Position numbers and translations under genes: made by a program
Source: an uncultured Thermoplasmata archaeon
Lineage (GTDB): Archaea; Thermoplasmatota; Poseidoniia; MGIII; CG-Epi1
Direction: 5' to 3'
DNA length: 37,506 nucleotides
NCBI GenBank assembly: GCA_964015055.1
Contig: CAXHBG010000003.1
Coordinates: forward strand, 1-37,506
Shown: positions 1 to 8,844 of the stretch, piece by piece
How positions within the stretch are numbered: the stretch's first letter is position 1
Layout of the letters: the number at the start of each line of letters is the position of its first letter
The notes under the pieces: model-generated
The model's database searches: none
What the model was told of the DNA's origin: nothing
The model's input: the letters and a program-made list of their open reading frames with translations, nothing else

Positions 1-3000
1 ACAACAGACAATGGTGCTAACAGTTTTGACGGAGTTAACATGCACAGAACTGGTAGTTACGACTGGGATGCTGATGGATGTGGATACTTTGACAATGATG
101 AAGAATCATGTACAGCTGCAGGAAACACAGTTAACAAAACAGTAAATTCAGTTTACCATGAAGGTAAATCTGCTTTAGCAATGTTTAACACAAACGGTTG
201 GTACAAAACTAACGCAAATCCAGCAATTTGTGATTGGGGTGATGATTCGATGAGCGATTCAAACTGTCCAAAATTCACAATGCAACCTAATCAGGACGAC
301 GTTTTCGTATCCCCTGCACTTGACTTGAGCGCTATGGAGGAAGTAGTAATCGGTATGCTATTCACAGGCTGTATGGAATCTGGAGATTACTTCAGAATGC
401 AAATATCTAAAGACGGCACTACTTGGACAAACTTAATCAGCTATTCTGGTTTCTGTCCTGGCGAAGGATCATGGTATCTATGGGGTGGTTCAAACCAAAA
501 ATATCAAGGATATGTTCTAAGTGATACTTATTATGGTAGTGATGACACAGATTCAGTTTATTTCAGAATTCAAGCTGATGCAGACAGTGATCAAAATACA
601 GAAGGCAGCAGACCATATGCAGGCTGGTTCATTGATGAGATAGTGTTCAGAGGAACAGAGAAAATTACTCGTGATGTGGCAGTCGGCGATATTACGGTAG
701 ATAAGGACTTTGAAGTAAAAGATGGTGGAGATTCGCTCTGGAGAGAGATTAATGCTACGATCATTAACGCTGGAGAGTCTTCATGGCCAAACTTACCAGT
801 CAAATTCACAGTTGAAAATTTACAAGGTGAAGATACATCCGATTTCTTGGATGTCACAGAGCCAGTCATTCAGCAATTAGCAGGTAACTCGATTTACGGA
901 GATATAACTCAGAACTCTGATCAGAAAGAACTTTTCTCTGAATTCCAGTGTCCTGGAGCTAATACTTACTACATAACCGTAGAAGTTCTTGTTCCGGCTG
1001 GTAAAGATTTTTTCCCATGGAACAACTCTAAAACAGTATCATTCCGTGTGTTTGATAATTTCTTCTCAGATGACTTTGACACTGGCGACAGAGATGAATA
1101 CAGTTACACTGAAGTCGAAAGATTGAATACAGGCGATAACATCAATAGATGGTTAATAGATTCGATAAATAATAATGCTTACAGTGGTCAATATGTATTG
1201 CAATATGCTGAGGAAGGAACGCACAATGCTGATCAGCCTAATACTGTAGGTGGTAGGGATGATAGTTACATCACGCAAGATCAATATGATAGAGATGGCG
1301 AAGGTAGCAAGTGGCAACCAGACGTCAACGTTGACTTAAGAGCAGCTTTCAAACCATTAATCATGTACGCAATTAAGTGGGACTTAGGCTCGGGTGACAG
1401 GCTTGAAGTCAGAGCCTCTACAGACTTTGATAGTGCACAAAAAATAGGCGGTAGTGAAACTTGGACCGTAATTAAGACTTATGAAAATGATTGCGGCTGT
1501 CCAATGTTCAGCGAAGATAAAACAACATGGCAAATTGAAGAACTAAGCCTTGAAGCCTTCGAAGGTTACCAGACTTGGATTGATTTCAGAGTTGTAACAG
1601 CTAACGGCGGTGGACAAGGTGTCTTGATTGATGACTTAGCAGTTATTGGTAACGAGTACAGAAACAATGTCGATATTGTTAATGTAGATACAGTTAGATA
1701 TTCAGCCTCAGGTGAAGAACATGAATTATCTGTAACTGTAAGAGGAATTGGTCTTGAAGATCAGAGCGGGGTTACTGTAGCAGCTAGAATCACAGATTCT
1801 AATGGTCTACGTGTTTGGCCAACAGATAGAACGTTTAATTTCTTTACAATTCCAGGCGCTCTATCTAAGGGTGAAGAATTCACAGTTAATCCAAGCACAG
1901 CAGGAGCAGACTGGAAGTGGGGTTCAGATCTTGGTCCAGGTATTTACAGAATGCACATTCAAGCACTAAGAGATGACGATGTACAAGTTCCAGACGAGAG
2001 TCGAGCAAAGAATTTCAGAACTATAACTTTAGTTTTGGGAGCTGCATTGTTAACTGGTGACCAATGGTCAATGGGCGACGGATGGAGCCCAGGTTCATAC
2101 ATTTGGGATGGTTCTGAAGACGGTTCTTTAACTTCAGAATTCTTTACAGTTTGGAACAGCAAGCCATTCTTGGTTGTTGAAGCTGAGTATGAGTTGATTG
2201 ATGCTAGTGTCAAGGCACAAGTTAGATCTGGTAACAGCGGACCTTGGTATGATATAAAATGGAGATCAACAGACCAGTTGTCTACATTATACTCTATACC
2301 TTCTGCAAATTACACTCAATTACCTATGTACTGGGAAGGAAGTAGTGCATTCGATAATTCAACTGCACAAACATTCTTTGCTGACTTAGGTGCAGTAGAG
2401 CAACTCGGCGATGGTTCAGGAAGTCTTCAAGATGCATACATCGGAAGTGAAATGCAAATTCGTTTAATTGGTTCCTCGTCAGGTCCAGGTTCCTCAGGAA
2501 TGTTCAAAGCTTATTATCCATCAGTTTTCGGTCTGGATGATTACTCAGTTGACTTGAAAGATGTATCTCCAAAGACACAGAATGGTGAACCTTCTTCACT
2601 CACAGGTGATACAGTAAGTAGAACCTACACTGTGAAGGTCAATAACTTTGGAGCTTCATCAGATTCAGGAGTAGTAGACTTTGTTCTTACAGCTCCAGAC
2701 AATTCATTCGTTGAATTGTTTGATGGAACTATGGCAATCATGGATTCTGTTCTTCAAACAGAAAGAGAAACGTACGTTGCAGTTAAGCCAATCAGTGGTT
2801 CATGGGGTAATGGCAGAGATGCTTTATCTGGTGGTGATCAAACAGCTTACATCAATTCAGATGGACAAATTGGATGGCCAAGTGGTACAGTTGAAGTCGG
2901 TCTACCGACTGGTTGGGATATCAACAATCCAACTAAGACTTCATGGAATGCCGTAGAAGGCAAGCCAAGTAAACCTAGTGCAGCTAATTTTGTAAGTCCA

Positions 3001-3759
3001 GGTCAAGTTATGACTGTGAACATTGATGTTACAATTGGATATGCACAATGGGCACCTCCAGGAACCTACAGTATCCAAGCTGATGCACGATCATGGTCTG
3101 ACTATGATAACACGTTTACTAGTGGAGATTCCGACGGGCAAGCTACAATGATTATTGCAAAACCAGACCTTTCAATAGGCAGCGATGTAAGATACATATC
3201 TCACGCAACGGGCTTCGGAGAATCTGGTGCAGGCTGGGTCAAAAAGACAGGTTGTGTTAACAATCCGGCAGGCAATAACCCTTGTGAAAAAGATGAATAC
3301 TTCAGATTCATGTTCCAAGTAGAAAATACAGGAACTGAAACGGTAGGTACCTTTAGAGTAGGCCTTCTTGATTTCGAAAGTAATCCTTTGGGAGTTCAAG
3401 TAGGTCTTTACTGGACCAGCTCAGGTTGGGCCATAGATGAAACAAAGACCACAGCTCATGGAGCTGAAATAGTTTCAGTAGGTAACAAGAAGTATATCGC
3501 ATTTGCAGCTAAAGCAAGCGAGCTAGGAATGTCAGCAGGCCCAGGAGATCAAAACACTGGATCATACGACTTCTATCTTGCAGTTGATACAGAAGATACA
3601 GTTTCCGAATCTAACGAAAACAACAATAGATATCCTGTAACAATAACAGCTGTCAAAGAAGTAAACACAGTTCCATCCTTCGGATTGTCCCTACTAAGTA
3701 TGTCCATTAGCGGTCTTTTAGCAGCTATTGGAATAGCTTTAAGGCAAAAAGAAGAATAA
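1..3759 (+). CDS. Large secreted cell-surface protein (jelly-roll adhesin-like and CARDB/Ig-like domains, C-terminal membrane anchor), 5'-truncated
   Basis: The frame is open from base 1 (ACA ACA GAC ... ATG at 40), so the true start lies outside the window. Acidic, Gly/Ser/Thr/Trp-rich. Two jelly-roll-like units (SPALDLS...GWFIDEI; FSDDFD...GVLIDDL), a CARDB-like end (VDTEDTVSESNENNN) and a C-terminal VPSF + hydrophobic helix + RQK tail. Confidence 0.8.
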   Translation, partial: TTDNGANSFDGVNMHRTGSYDWDADGCGYFDNDEESCTAAGNTVNKTVNSVYHEGKSALAMFNTNGWYKTNANPAICDWGDDSMSDSNCPKFTMQPNQDDVFVSPALDLSAMEEVVIGMLFTGCMESGDYFRMQISKDGTTWTNLISYSGFCPGEGSWYLWGGSNQKYQGYVLSDTYYGSDDTDSVYFRIQADADSDQNTEGSRPYAGWFIDEIVFRGTEKITRDVAVGDITVDKDFEVKDGGDSLWREINATIINAGESSWPNLPVKFTVENLQGEDTSDFLDVTEPVIQQLAGNSIYGDITQNSDQKELFSEFQCPGANTYYITVEVLVPAGKDFFPWNNSKTVSFRVFDNFFSDDFDTGDRDEYSYTEVERLNTGDNINRWLIDSINNNAYSGQYVLQYAEEGTHNADQPNTVGGRDDSYITQDQYDRDGEGSKWQPDVNVDLRAAFKPLIMYAIKWDLGSGDRLEVRASTDFDSAQKIGGSETWTVIKTYENDCGCPMFSEDKTTWQIEELSLEAFEGYQTWIDFRVVTANGGGQGVLIDDLAVIGNEYRNNVDIVNVDTVRYSASGEEHELSVTVRGIGLEDQSGVTVAARITDSNGLRVWPTDRTFNFFTIPGALSKGEEFTVNPSTAGADWKWGSDLGPGIYRMHIQALRDDDVQVPDESRAKNFRTITLVLGAALLTGDQWSMGDGWSPGSYIWDGSEDGSLTSEFFTVWNSKPFLVVEAEYELIDASVKAQVRSGNSGPWYDIKWRSTDQLSTLYSIPSANYTQLPMYWEGSSAFDNSTAQTFFADLGAVEQLGDGSGSLQDAYIGSEMQIRLIGSSSGPGSSGMFKAYYPSVFGLDDYSVDLKDVSPKTQNGEPSSLTGDTVSRTYTVKVNNFGASSDSGVVDFVLTAPDNSFVELFDGTMAIMDSVLQTERETYVAVKPISGSWGNGRDALSGGDQTAYINSDGQIGWPSGTVEVGLPTGWDINNPTKTSWNAVEGKPSKPSAANFVSPGQVMTVNIDVTIGYAQWAPPGTYSIQADARSWSDYDNTFTSGDSDGQATMIIAKPDLSIGSDVRYISHATGFGESGAGWVKKTGCVNNPAGNNPCEKDEYFRFMFQVENTGTETVGTFRVGLLDFESNPLGVQVGLYWTSSGWAIDETKTTAHGAEIVSVGNKKYIAFAAKASELGMSAGPGDQNTGSYDFYLAVDTEDTVSESNENNNRYPVTITAVKEVNTVPSFGLSLLSMSISGLLAAIGIALRQKEE

Positions 3760-3781
3760 GGAATTATAGGACAAAGTGTAG

Positions 3782-3806
3782 TAAGAGGAGCCTTACGCTC
3801 CTCTTA
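3782..3806 (+). terminator. Perfect 10-bp stem-loop between convergent genes (terminator or 3' stabiliser)
   Basis: TAAGAGGAGC-CTTAC-GCTCCTCTTA; no long U-tract follows. Confidence 0.55.
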
Positions 3807-3857
3807 TCTATAAATTAGAGTTATTAGCGTGAGCTTTACATTTTCATTAGCTTGCAA

Positions 3858-4781
3858 TTAGGCTGTAAATGTGGCGAATTCTCTGCAGAATACGCATGGT
3901 TCATGGCTACCTGAAGGTTCGCCACATGATGGGCATGGGATTAAGTCTTCTGGCTTTTGCATATTTTCCCGTATTTTTTCCATTCCATTAAGTAAAGAAT
4001 GCCTTGTCCCTGGTTGTTCTTTTTCTAATTTCATCAAAATTTCTCTAAATGTATTCCTTTGAGCTCCGCCAGAATGTGGACAATCCCCATCGTGAAATTC
4101 CATTTCTTTTAGTATGGAATATAGATATACTTCTTGTTCAGGAAGTCTTCTCAATGGTAGTAGTCGAGGGATAAAGCCCCTTTGAACAAATTTATGAGGT
4201 GCCATTCGCGATAATCTAGCAATATCGCCTCTTGCATGATTCATTAAAACAGTCTGTGCAAAGTCGTCAAGATTGTGGCCAAGAATTAAACAATCTACAT
4301 TTACTCGGTTTGCCATCTGGTTAAGTGATCTTCTTCTCAATATTCCACAAGGTGAGCATGGAGAGCCTTGAGGTGGTTTTTCAATTAGTAATTCACCCAA
4401 AGTAATTCCTATTAATTCTTTGTATGAGAATATTTCTAGTTGAATTTCTAGCTTATTACATTCCGAGGCTGCACATTCCAACGATTTAGAACGATAATTA
4501 GTAATTCCTTCGTCTACAGACAGCCCTACAATTTCAATATTTCTATTTCCAACATATGATTTCAAAATATGAAGTGCTACGGTAGAGTCCTTCCCGCCAG
4601 ATAGCCCAATACCAATTTTTCTAATATCTAAATCTGAATTTTTTACCAATAGGTTGATTTGTTTCCTTAATTCTTTTTGGGCATTTTTTTCAAAAGATTT
4701 AAAAAAACAAGATTTGCATAGGATTTCACCAGAATATCTTCTACTTATGACTGGATTTTCTTTGCAACGCTTGCAACCCAT
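3858..4781 (-). CDS. ttuA: tRNA 2-thiolation protein, TtuA/NcsA/Ncs6 family
   Basis: N-terminal CxxC...CxxC, PP-loop SGGKDS, CSPCG, GHNLDD, C-terminal CPSCG...CVFC. ATG at 4781 preferred over TTG at 4787. Confidence 0.9.
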   Translation of the reverse strand: MGCKRCKENPVISRRYSGEILCKSCFFKSFEKNAQKELRKQINLLVKNSDLDIRKIGIGLSGGKDSTVALHILKSYVGNRNIEIVGLSVDEGITNYRSKSLECAASECNKLEIQLEIFSYKELIGITLGELLIEKPPQGSPCSPCGILRRRSLNQMANRVNVDCLILGHNLDDFAQTVLMNHARGDIARLSRMAPHKFVQRGFIPRLLPLRRLPEQEVYLYSILKEMEFHDGDCPHSGGAQRNTFREILMKLEKEQPGTRHSLLNGMEKIRENMQKPEDLIPCPSCGEPSGSHEPCVFCREFATFTA

Positions 4782-4871
4782 AAACAATTATAAGCAATAC
4801 TTTATAATGGTTAAATAGTACCGAAAGTATGACGCAGTTATGTCACTTATTATTTTATTTTAGGGCTATAA

Positions 4872-4910
4872 TGACACAAATACTGTGTCAAAAAGCATTA
4901 AGTTTATATA
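4872..4910 (+). promoter_or_regulatory. Inverted-repeat operator plus TATA box of the RHH-ftsZ unit
   Basis: TGACACA-N5-TGTGTCA at 4872-4890. TTTATATA at 4903-4910 lies 25-32 nt upstream of ATG 4935 (leaderless geometry). Confidence 0.6.
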
Positions 4911-4934
4911 CTAGCTTGACTAATATGAGACAAC

Positions 4935-5330
4935 ATGGCCCCATTAGGACCTCTAACTACTAATCGTTTGACAGTACGTTTAGATCCAGAAAGGGCTGCA
5001 AGGATTGAGTATTGGGCTTCTGAAAATCCGTTAAGGATTAAATCTTATAACCAATTGGTTCAAGAAGCTCTTGATGAATATATAGATCGTAACACACCTT
5101 CTCCTAATGAAAAAATTCTCAATGTTAAGATACCTGAAAATACTAGTACAAGATTACAAGCATTACAAGACCATGGCTTTGGTTCAACAGATCACATAGT
5201 TACAGAGGCCATTTCAAGTTATGCAATTACTAAATTAAAAGAACAAAAAGACTTTGAATTTTTGGATAGTGAAGCTAAAATGATGACTAATCGTCGAAAG
5301 ATGGTTTTCTCAGATTATGGACGTGAATAA
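4935..5330 (+). CDS. Tandem ribbon-helix-helix transcription regulator, CdrS-like
   Basis: Two RHH-like units (RLTVRLDPE...SYNQLVQEALDEYI and KILNVKIPE...STDHIVTEAISSY). Ends 2 nt before ftsZ. Confidence 0.7.
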   Translation: MAPLGPLTTNRLTVRLDPERAARIEYWASENPLRIKSYNQLVQEALDEYIDRNTPSPNEKILNVKIPENTSTRLQALQDHGFGSTDHIVTEAISSYAITKLKEQKDFEFLDSEAKMMTNRRKMVFSDYGRE

Positions 5331-5332
5331 AA

Positions 5333-6379
5333 ATGATGGAAAGATTAGAAAGTTTTGATAGCAGTGACTTGATGGAGTTTATTACTGCACCTCAAGTGAA
5401 ATTGGTTGGAACCGGTGGAGCAGGTAATAATATCCTTGATAGACTATACAGTAGGAGAGTAAAAGGAGTTGAAACCATAGCTCTCAATACTGATGCAAAC
5501 CATTTGCATAAAAGTAAAGCTCACGTAAGGAAAGTAATTGGTGCTAAGATAACTCATGGTAGGGGGGCTGGTGGAGATCCATACACAGGCAAAAGATGTG
5601 CGGAAGACGACGAAGAGTCCATTAGATCTAAGTTGAAGGACGGAGATATAATATTTGTAATTGCTGGGATGGGTGGAGGTACAGGTACAGGGAGTGCTCC
5701 AGTTATTGCTAAGTATGCTAAAGAAACCGACGCAGTTGTAGTTGGTGTAGCTATACTTCCGTTTAAGGAAGAAGGATTGCCTAGGCGTAAGGTAGCTCTG
5801 GAAGGTTTGGCAGAATTAAAGAAAAATTGCGACTGTGTAATTGAGTTAGATAATGAAAAGTTAAATGAATTAACAGGTGGTGACTATCCAATTCAGAAAG
5901 CATTTAGTGTAATGTCAGATTTAGTTTCAGGTATTGTTCAATCCCTATCTGAGGTAGTAACAGAACCATCTATGATTAATGTAGATTTTGCAGACTTGAA
6001 AAAAATCATTGAGGCTGGAGGTACAGCTAAAGTGCTATACGGTGAATCCGACGGTTCCGATCCGGGTAGCGTTTTGGATTCAGTCTTAGGAAATCCTTTG
6101 TTAGGCAATAATTACAAGGGAGCAGAAGCAGTTCTTCTTCATATTGCTGCAGGCAGTGAATTTGCAATGAGTGATTGTCATGAAGTTCTATCTGCACTTA
6201 AGTATGATTTAGCTGAAGATGCCAACTTGATATGGGGACTTCGAACCGATGACTCAATGTCTACAAAGGTGAAAGTAGTAATGCTTGTTTCTGCAATACC
6301 TGAATCTGAGCACGATTTGAGTACTGAATCTGGAGATGAACTTAATTCATTAGGTTCTTCACTTCCAATGATTAACTAG
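5333..6379 (+). CDS. ftsZ: Cell division protein FtsZ (probably FtsZ2 clade by context)
   Basis: GTGGAGNN, NTD, GAGGDP, GMGGGTGTG tubulin signature, INVDFAD T7 loop. Confidence 0.95.
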   Translation: MMERLESFDSSDLMEFITAPQVKLVGTGGAGNNILDRLYSRRVKGVETIALNTDANHLHKSKAHVRKVIGAKITHGRGAGGDPYTGKRCAEDDEESIRSKLKDGDIIFVIAGMGGGTGTGSAPVIAKYAKETDAVVVGVAILPFKEEGLPRRKVALEGLAELKKNCDCVIELDNEKLNELTGGDYPIQKAFSVMSDLVSGIVQSLSEVVTEPSMINVDFADLKKIIEAGGTAKVLYGESDGSDPGSVLDSVLGNPLLGNNYKGAEAVLLHIAAGSEFAMSDCHEVLSALKYDLAEDANLIWGLRTDDSMSTKVKVVMLVSAIPESEHDLSTESGDELNSLGSSLPMIN

Positions 6380-6917
6380 TTTTTTCTATTTCATAAAGCC
6401 TAAAAGCGGAAAGCACCAAACTATGTCTTATAGTTCCTGCATCTATGTATCTTTGAATTGATTTTTCACTCGTAACTTCGACTTTTATATCTTCACCAGG
6501 ATCTAAATCTTGTTCATACAATTTCTCACAATTTTGAATAAGAACTGTGTGACATTTATTGGTCTGAAATGCAGGATTAGGGTCAACGTAGCCTAAATAC
6601 TTAGGATCACTTCCTATGTATCCAGTTTCCTCTCTCAACTCCCTTATACCAGCTTCGATAGGCTCCTCACTGTTTTCAATGATTCCTCCAGGTATTTCTA
6701 ATTCAAAATTGGAAGTTCCAAATCTGTATTGCTTGACCATTACAATTTTTTTATCCACAGTAACGGCAATAATATTAATCCAATCAAAACCATCTAAAAG
6801 AACAAATTTATGATTTTTACCAGTTCTAGGAGATTTAGCAACTAGTTCACGCATAGTAAATATTCTAAAGTCTCCTGCAGGCTCTTCAGAAATAGTCTCC
6901 CACTTATTATTTTTCAA
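6372..6917 (-). CDS. NUDIX hydrolase (ADP-ribose pyrophosphatase-like)
   Basis: Nudix box GGIIENSEEPIEAGIRELREETGY and KQYRF. The TTG start overlaps the upstream stop. Confidence 0.88.
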   Translation of the reverse strand: MKNNKWETISEEPAGDFRIFTMRELVAKSPRTGKNHKFVLLDGFDWINIIAVTVDKKIVMVKQYRFGTSNFELEIPGGIIENSEEPIEAGIRELREETGYIGSDPKYLGYVDPNPAFQTNKCHTVLIQNCEKLYEQDLDPGEDIKVEVTSEKSIQRYIDAGTIRHSLVLSAFRLYEIEKTS

Positions 6918-7819
6918 TTAATATTTACCATCTCAATTATGAAAATCAAATCTTCACCAGCTAAGTCACTACTACTTGATCCCGATTCACCGTATGCTTG
7001 ACTTGCAGGAATTCTAACAGCTAATGTTTGGCCTTCGTACATTCCAACCATTTTAGAATCAAATCCATCAATCATACCTTTACTTCCGTCACAATTTTCG
7101 GAGGGATTGCCAGCTTCAACACAGCCTATATGTCTTGCTTCCAAAGTATCAATGTGTTTGTTACCATCAGTGACCCCGGCTCTTCTGTACTGGTAATTAT
7201 CCCAGATGTACTCCATACTACTGTCGAATAATTTAGCGTTGCTAGCTAATATTCCGGCATAGTGAACATCTACAGTATCTCCAGTTTTAGTCAGATTACC
7301 AAAATCATAGTCAGTGTTAACATCCATTCGAACTTCAGCTTTTTTCGTAGAATCAGCCCCAGAAGTAACTTCAATGTATGCGTACAGTAATCCCTCAGCA
7401 GAAGATGGTGTCTTGACATTGATTAATAGAGGCTTAAGAGAATCTTTTGCAAGCATAATCGTCTCAAATCCATTTTCTACATCTATCGTAAAGCCTCCAT
7501 CGTTGGATTTAATCGATATTGTAAATGTATCTGTAACTGAACCCGTGTTTCTTACCAAAAGTACAAAATCAGTTTCTCCACCAGGTTCCGCGTTATGATC
7601 GTTCGTTACAAACTCAGCTTCAACACCATATGTTGGGCTGGCTATAGTTTCCTCTGTATCAACCATTGACGTCAGGTATAACCCACTACCAATCAAAATA
7701 ACAACTAGCAGAAGAGCAATAAGTGCAGGTTTTGAATCTGGCCTTGAATTATCAATTTTTCCATCGCGGTAATTTGCGGGAGGTTTGGCTTTTTTATTTC
7801 GTCTTGCCCTTTTTGCCAT
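6914..7819 (-). CDS. Membrane-anchored FKBP-type peptidyl-prolyl isomerase with an Ig-like domain
   Basis: Basic N-terminus, one TM helix, Ig-like segment (VRNTGSVTDTF), then FKBP motifs GDTVDVHYAG..FDSS, MIDGF, IPASQAYG, LAGEDLIF. Confidence 0.8.
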   Translation of the reverse strand: MAKRARRNKKAKPPANYRDGKIDNSRPDSKPALIALLLVVILIGSGLYLTSMVDTEETIASPTYGVEAEFVTNDHNAEPGGETDFVLLVRNTGSVTDTFTISIKSNDGGFTIDVENGFETIMLAKDSLKPLLINVKTPSSAEGLLYAYIEVTSGADSTKKAEVRMDVNTDYDFGNLTKTGDTVDVHYAGILASNAKLFDSSMEYIWDNYQYRRAGVTDGNKHIDTLEARHIGCVEAGNPSENCDGSKGMIDGFDSKMVGMYEGQTLAVRIPASQAYGESGSSSSDLAGEDLIFIIEMVNIN

Positions 7820-7855
7820 GATTTATCTACGAAAATGCCTTAAAAAAGCTGATGT

Positions 7856-8770
7856 TTATTTTCTGTGCTTAGATCTAAAGAAAAAAGCCTTCATTGTGTC
7901 TTTCCAAATATCAGGATTTTCTCTAATTCTTCGTATTGAATAGGGGTACCAATCTGGTCCATATGGTATGTAATATCTGACAGTGTATCCTTTTGAAACT
8001 AAATCATCTAAAGTTTTGTCAATTGGGACTCCAGACAGAGCTTGGAATTCGCAATTTTTCTTTGGAAAATTATTTTTCTCAATAAGTTTCTCGATACGTT
8101 CTATAATCCAGGTATCGTGTGTTGCAAAGCAAGAATATATATTATTCTTAATCATCTTTTCAGCACATACCACGTAATTTTCCCGTATTTTGTTATAATC
8201 TTGGATAGCAATATCCTTACTTTCTTTATACGCTCCTTTGCATAATCTAATGTTAGTACTAGGGCCTTTGAGTAAATCTATGTCATCGTTTGTACGATAC
8301 ATATATGCTTGTAAAACAGTTCCACAATTAGGGTAATAATTTACAGCCTTCTTACACATTTTTATAGTAGATTCTGTAACTTCGGAATCTTCCATGTCCA
8401 TTCTAACAAATGTGTTATACATTTTAGCTTTATCTAGTATTACGCTAAGATTGTCCCAGCAAAGGCTTTCGTCAACTTTGAGTCCAATCGCAGTTAATTT
8501 CAATGAAATATTACAATCAACTCCAGAGTTTGCAATACCATCTATTAAGTCACAATATGAATTAGTCGTTTTCGTTATTCCTCTTCTATTTTTTACTTCC
8601 TCTCCAAGTAAATCCAGAGTACCAACAAATCCTTTCTTGTTTAGTTTTCTAACTAAATCAATCCCATCTTCTAATTTATCACCTGCAACATATATTGAAG
8701 CAATTCGACCAATAATTATTTTGGGCATCCACGGAGCTGTGCTTTGAACAATTCGATTTAGAATACCCAT
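7856..8770 (-). CDS. Monofunctional proline dehydrogenase
   Basis: YVAG, LDLLGE, SLKLT, RMDMED, LQAY, RLCKGAY, ATHD, YIPYG, RRIRENP. ATG at 8770 preferred. Confidence 0.9.
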   Translation of the reverse strand: MGILNRIVQSTAPWMPKIIIGRIASIYVAGDKLEDGIDLVRKLNKKGFVGTLDLLGEEVKNRRGITKTTNSYCDLIDGIANSGVDCNISLKLTAIGLKVDESLCWDNLSVILDKAKMYNTFVRMDMEDSEVTESTIKMCKKAVNYYPNCGTVLQAYMYRTNDDIDLLKGPSTNIRLCKGAYKESKDIAIQDYNKIRENYVVCAEKMIKNNIYSCFATHDTWIIERIEKLIEKNNFPKKNCEFQALSGVPIDKTLDDLVSKGYTVRYYIPYGPDWYPYSIRRIRENPDIWKDTMKAFFFRSKHRK

Positions 8771-8844
8771 TACAGCCAATGTAAATGTGTGTTTATTATT
8801 ATAGTGTCCGAGACCGATTTATACAGCTCTGCTTAGCACAGATT

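Noticed and set aside
8785-8844. Extended N-termini in the ORF track (icd, sucC, rpl10e, sdhA, permease, proline dehydrogenase)
   Set aside because: Family-conserved starts and TATA spacing or stop/start overlaps support downstream ATGs.
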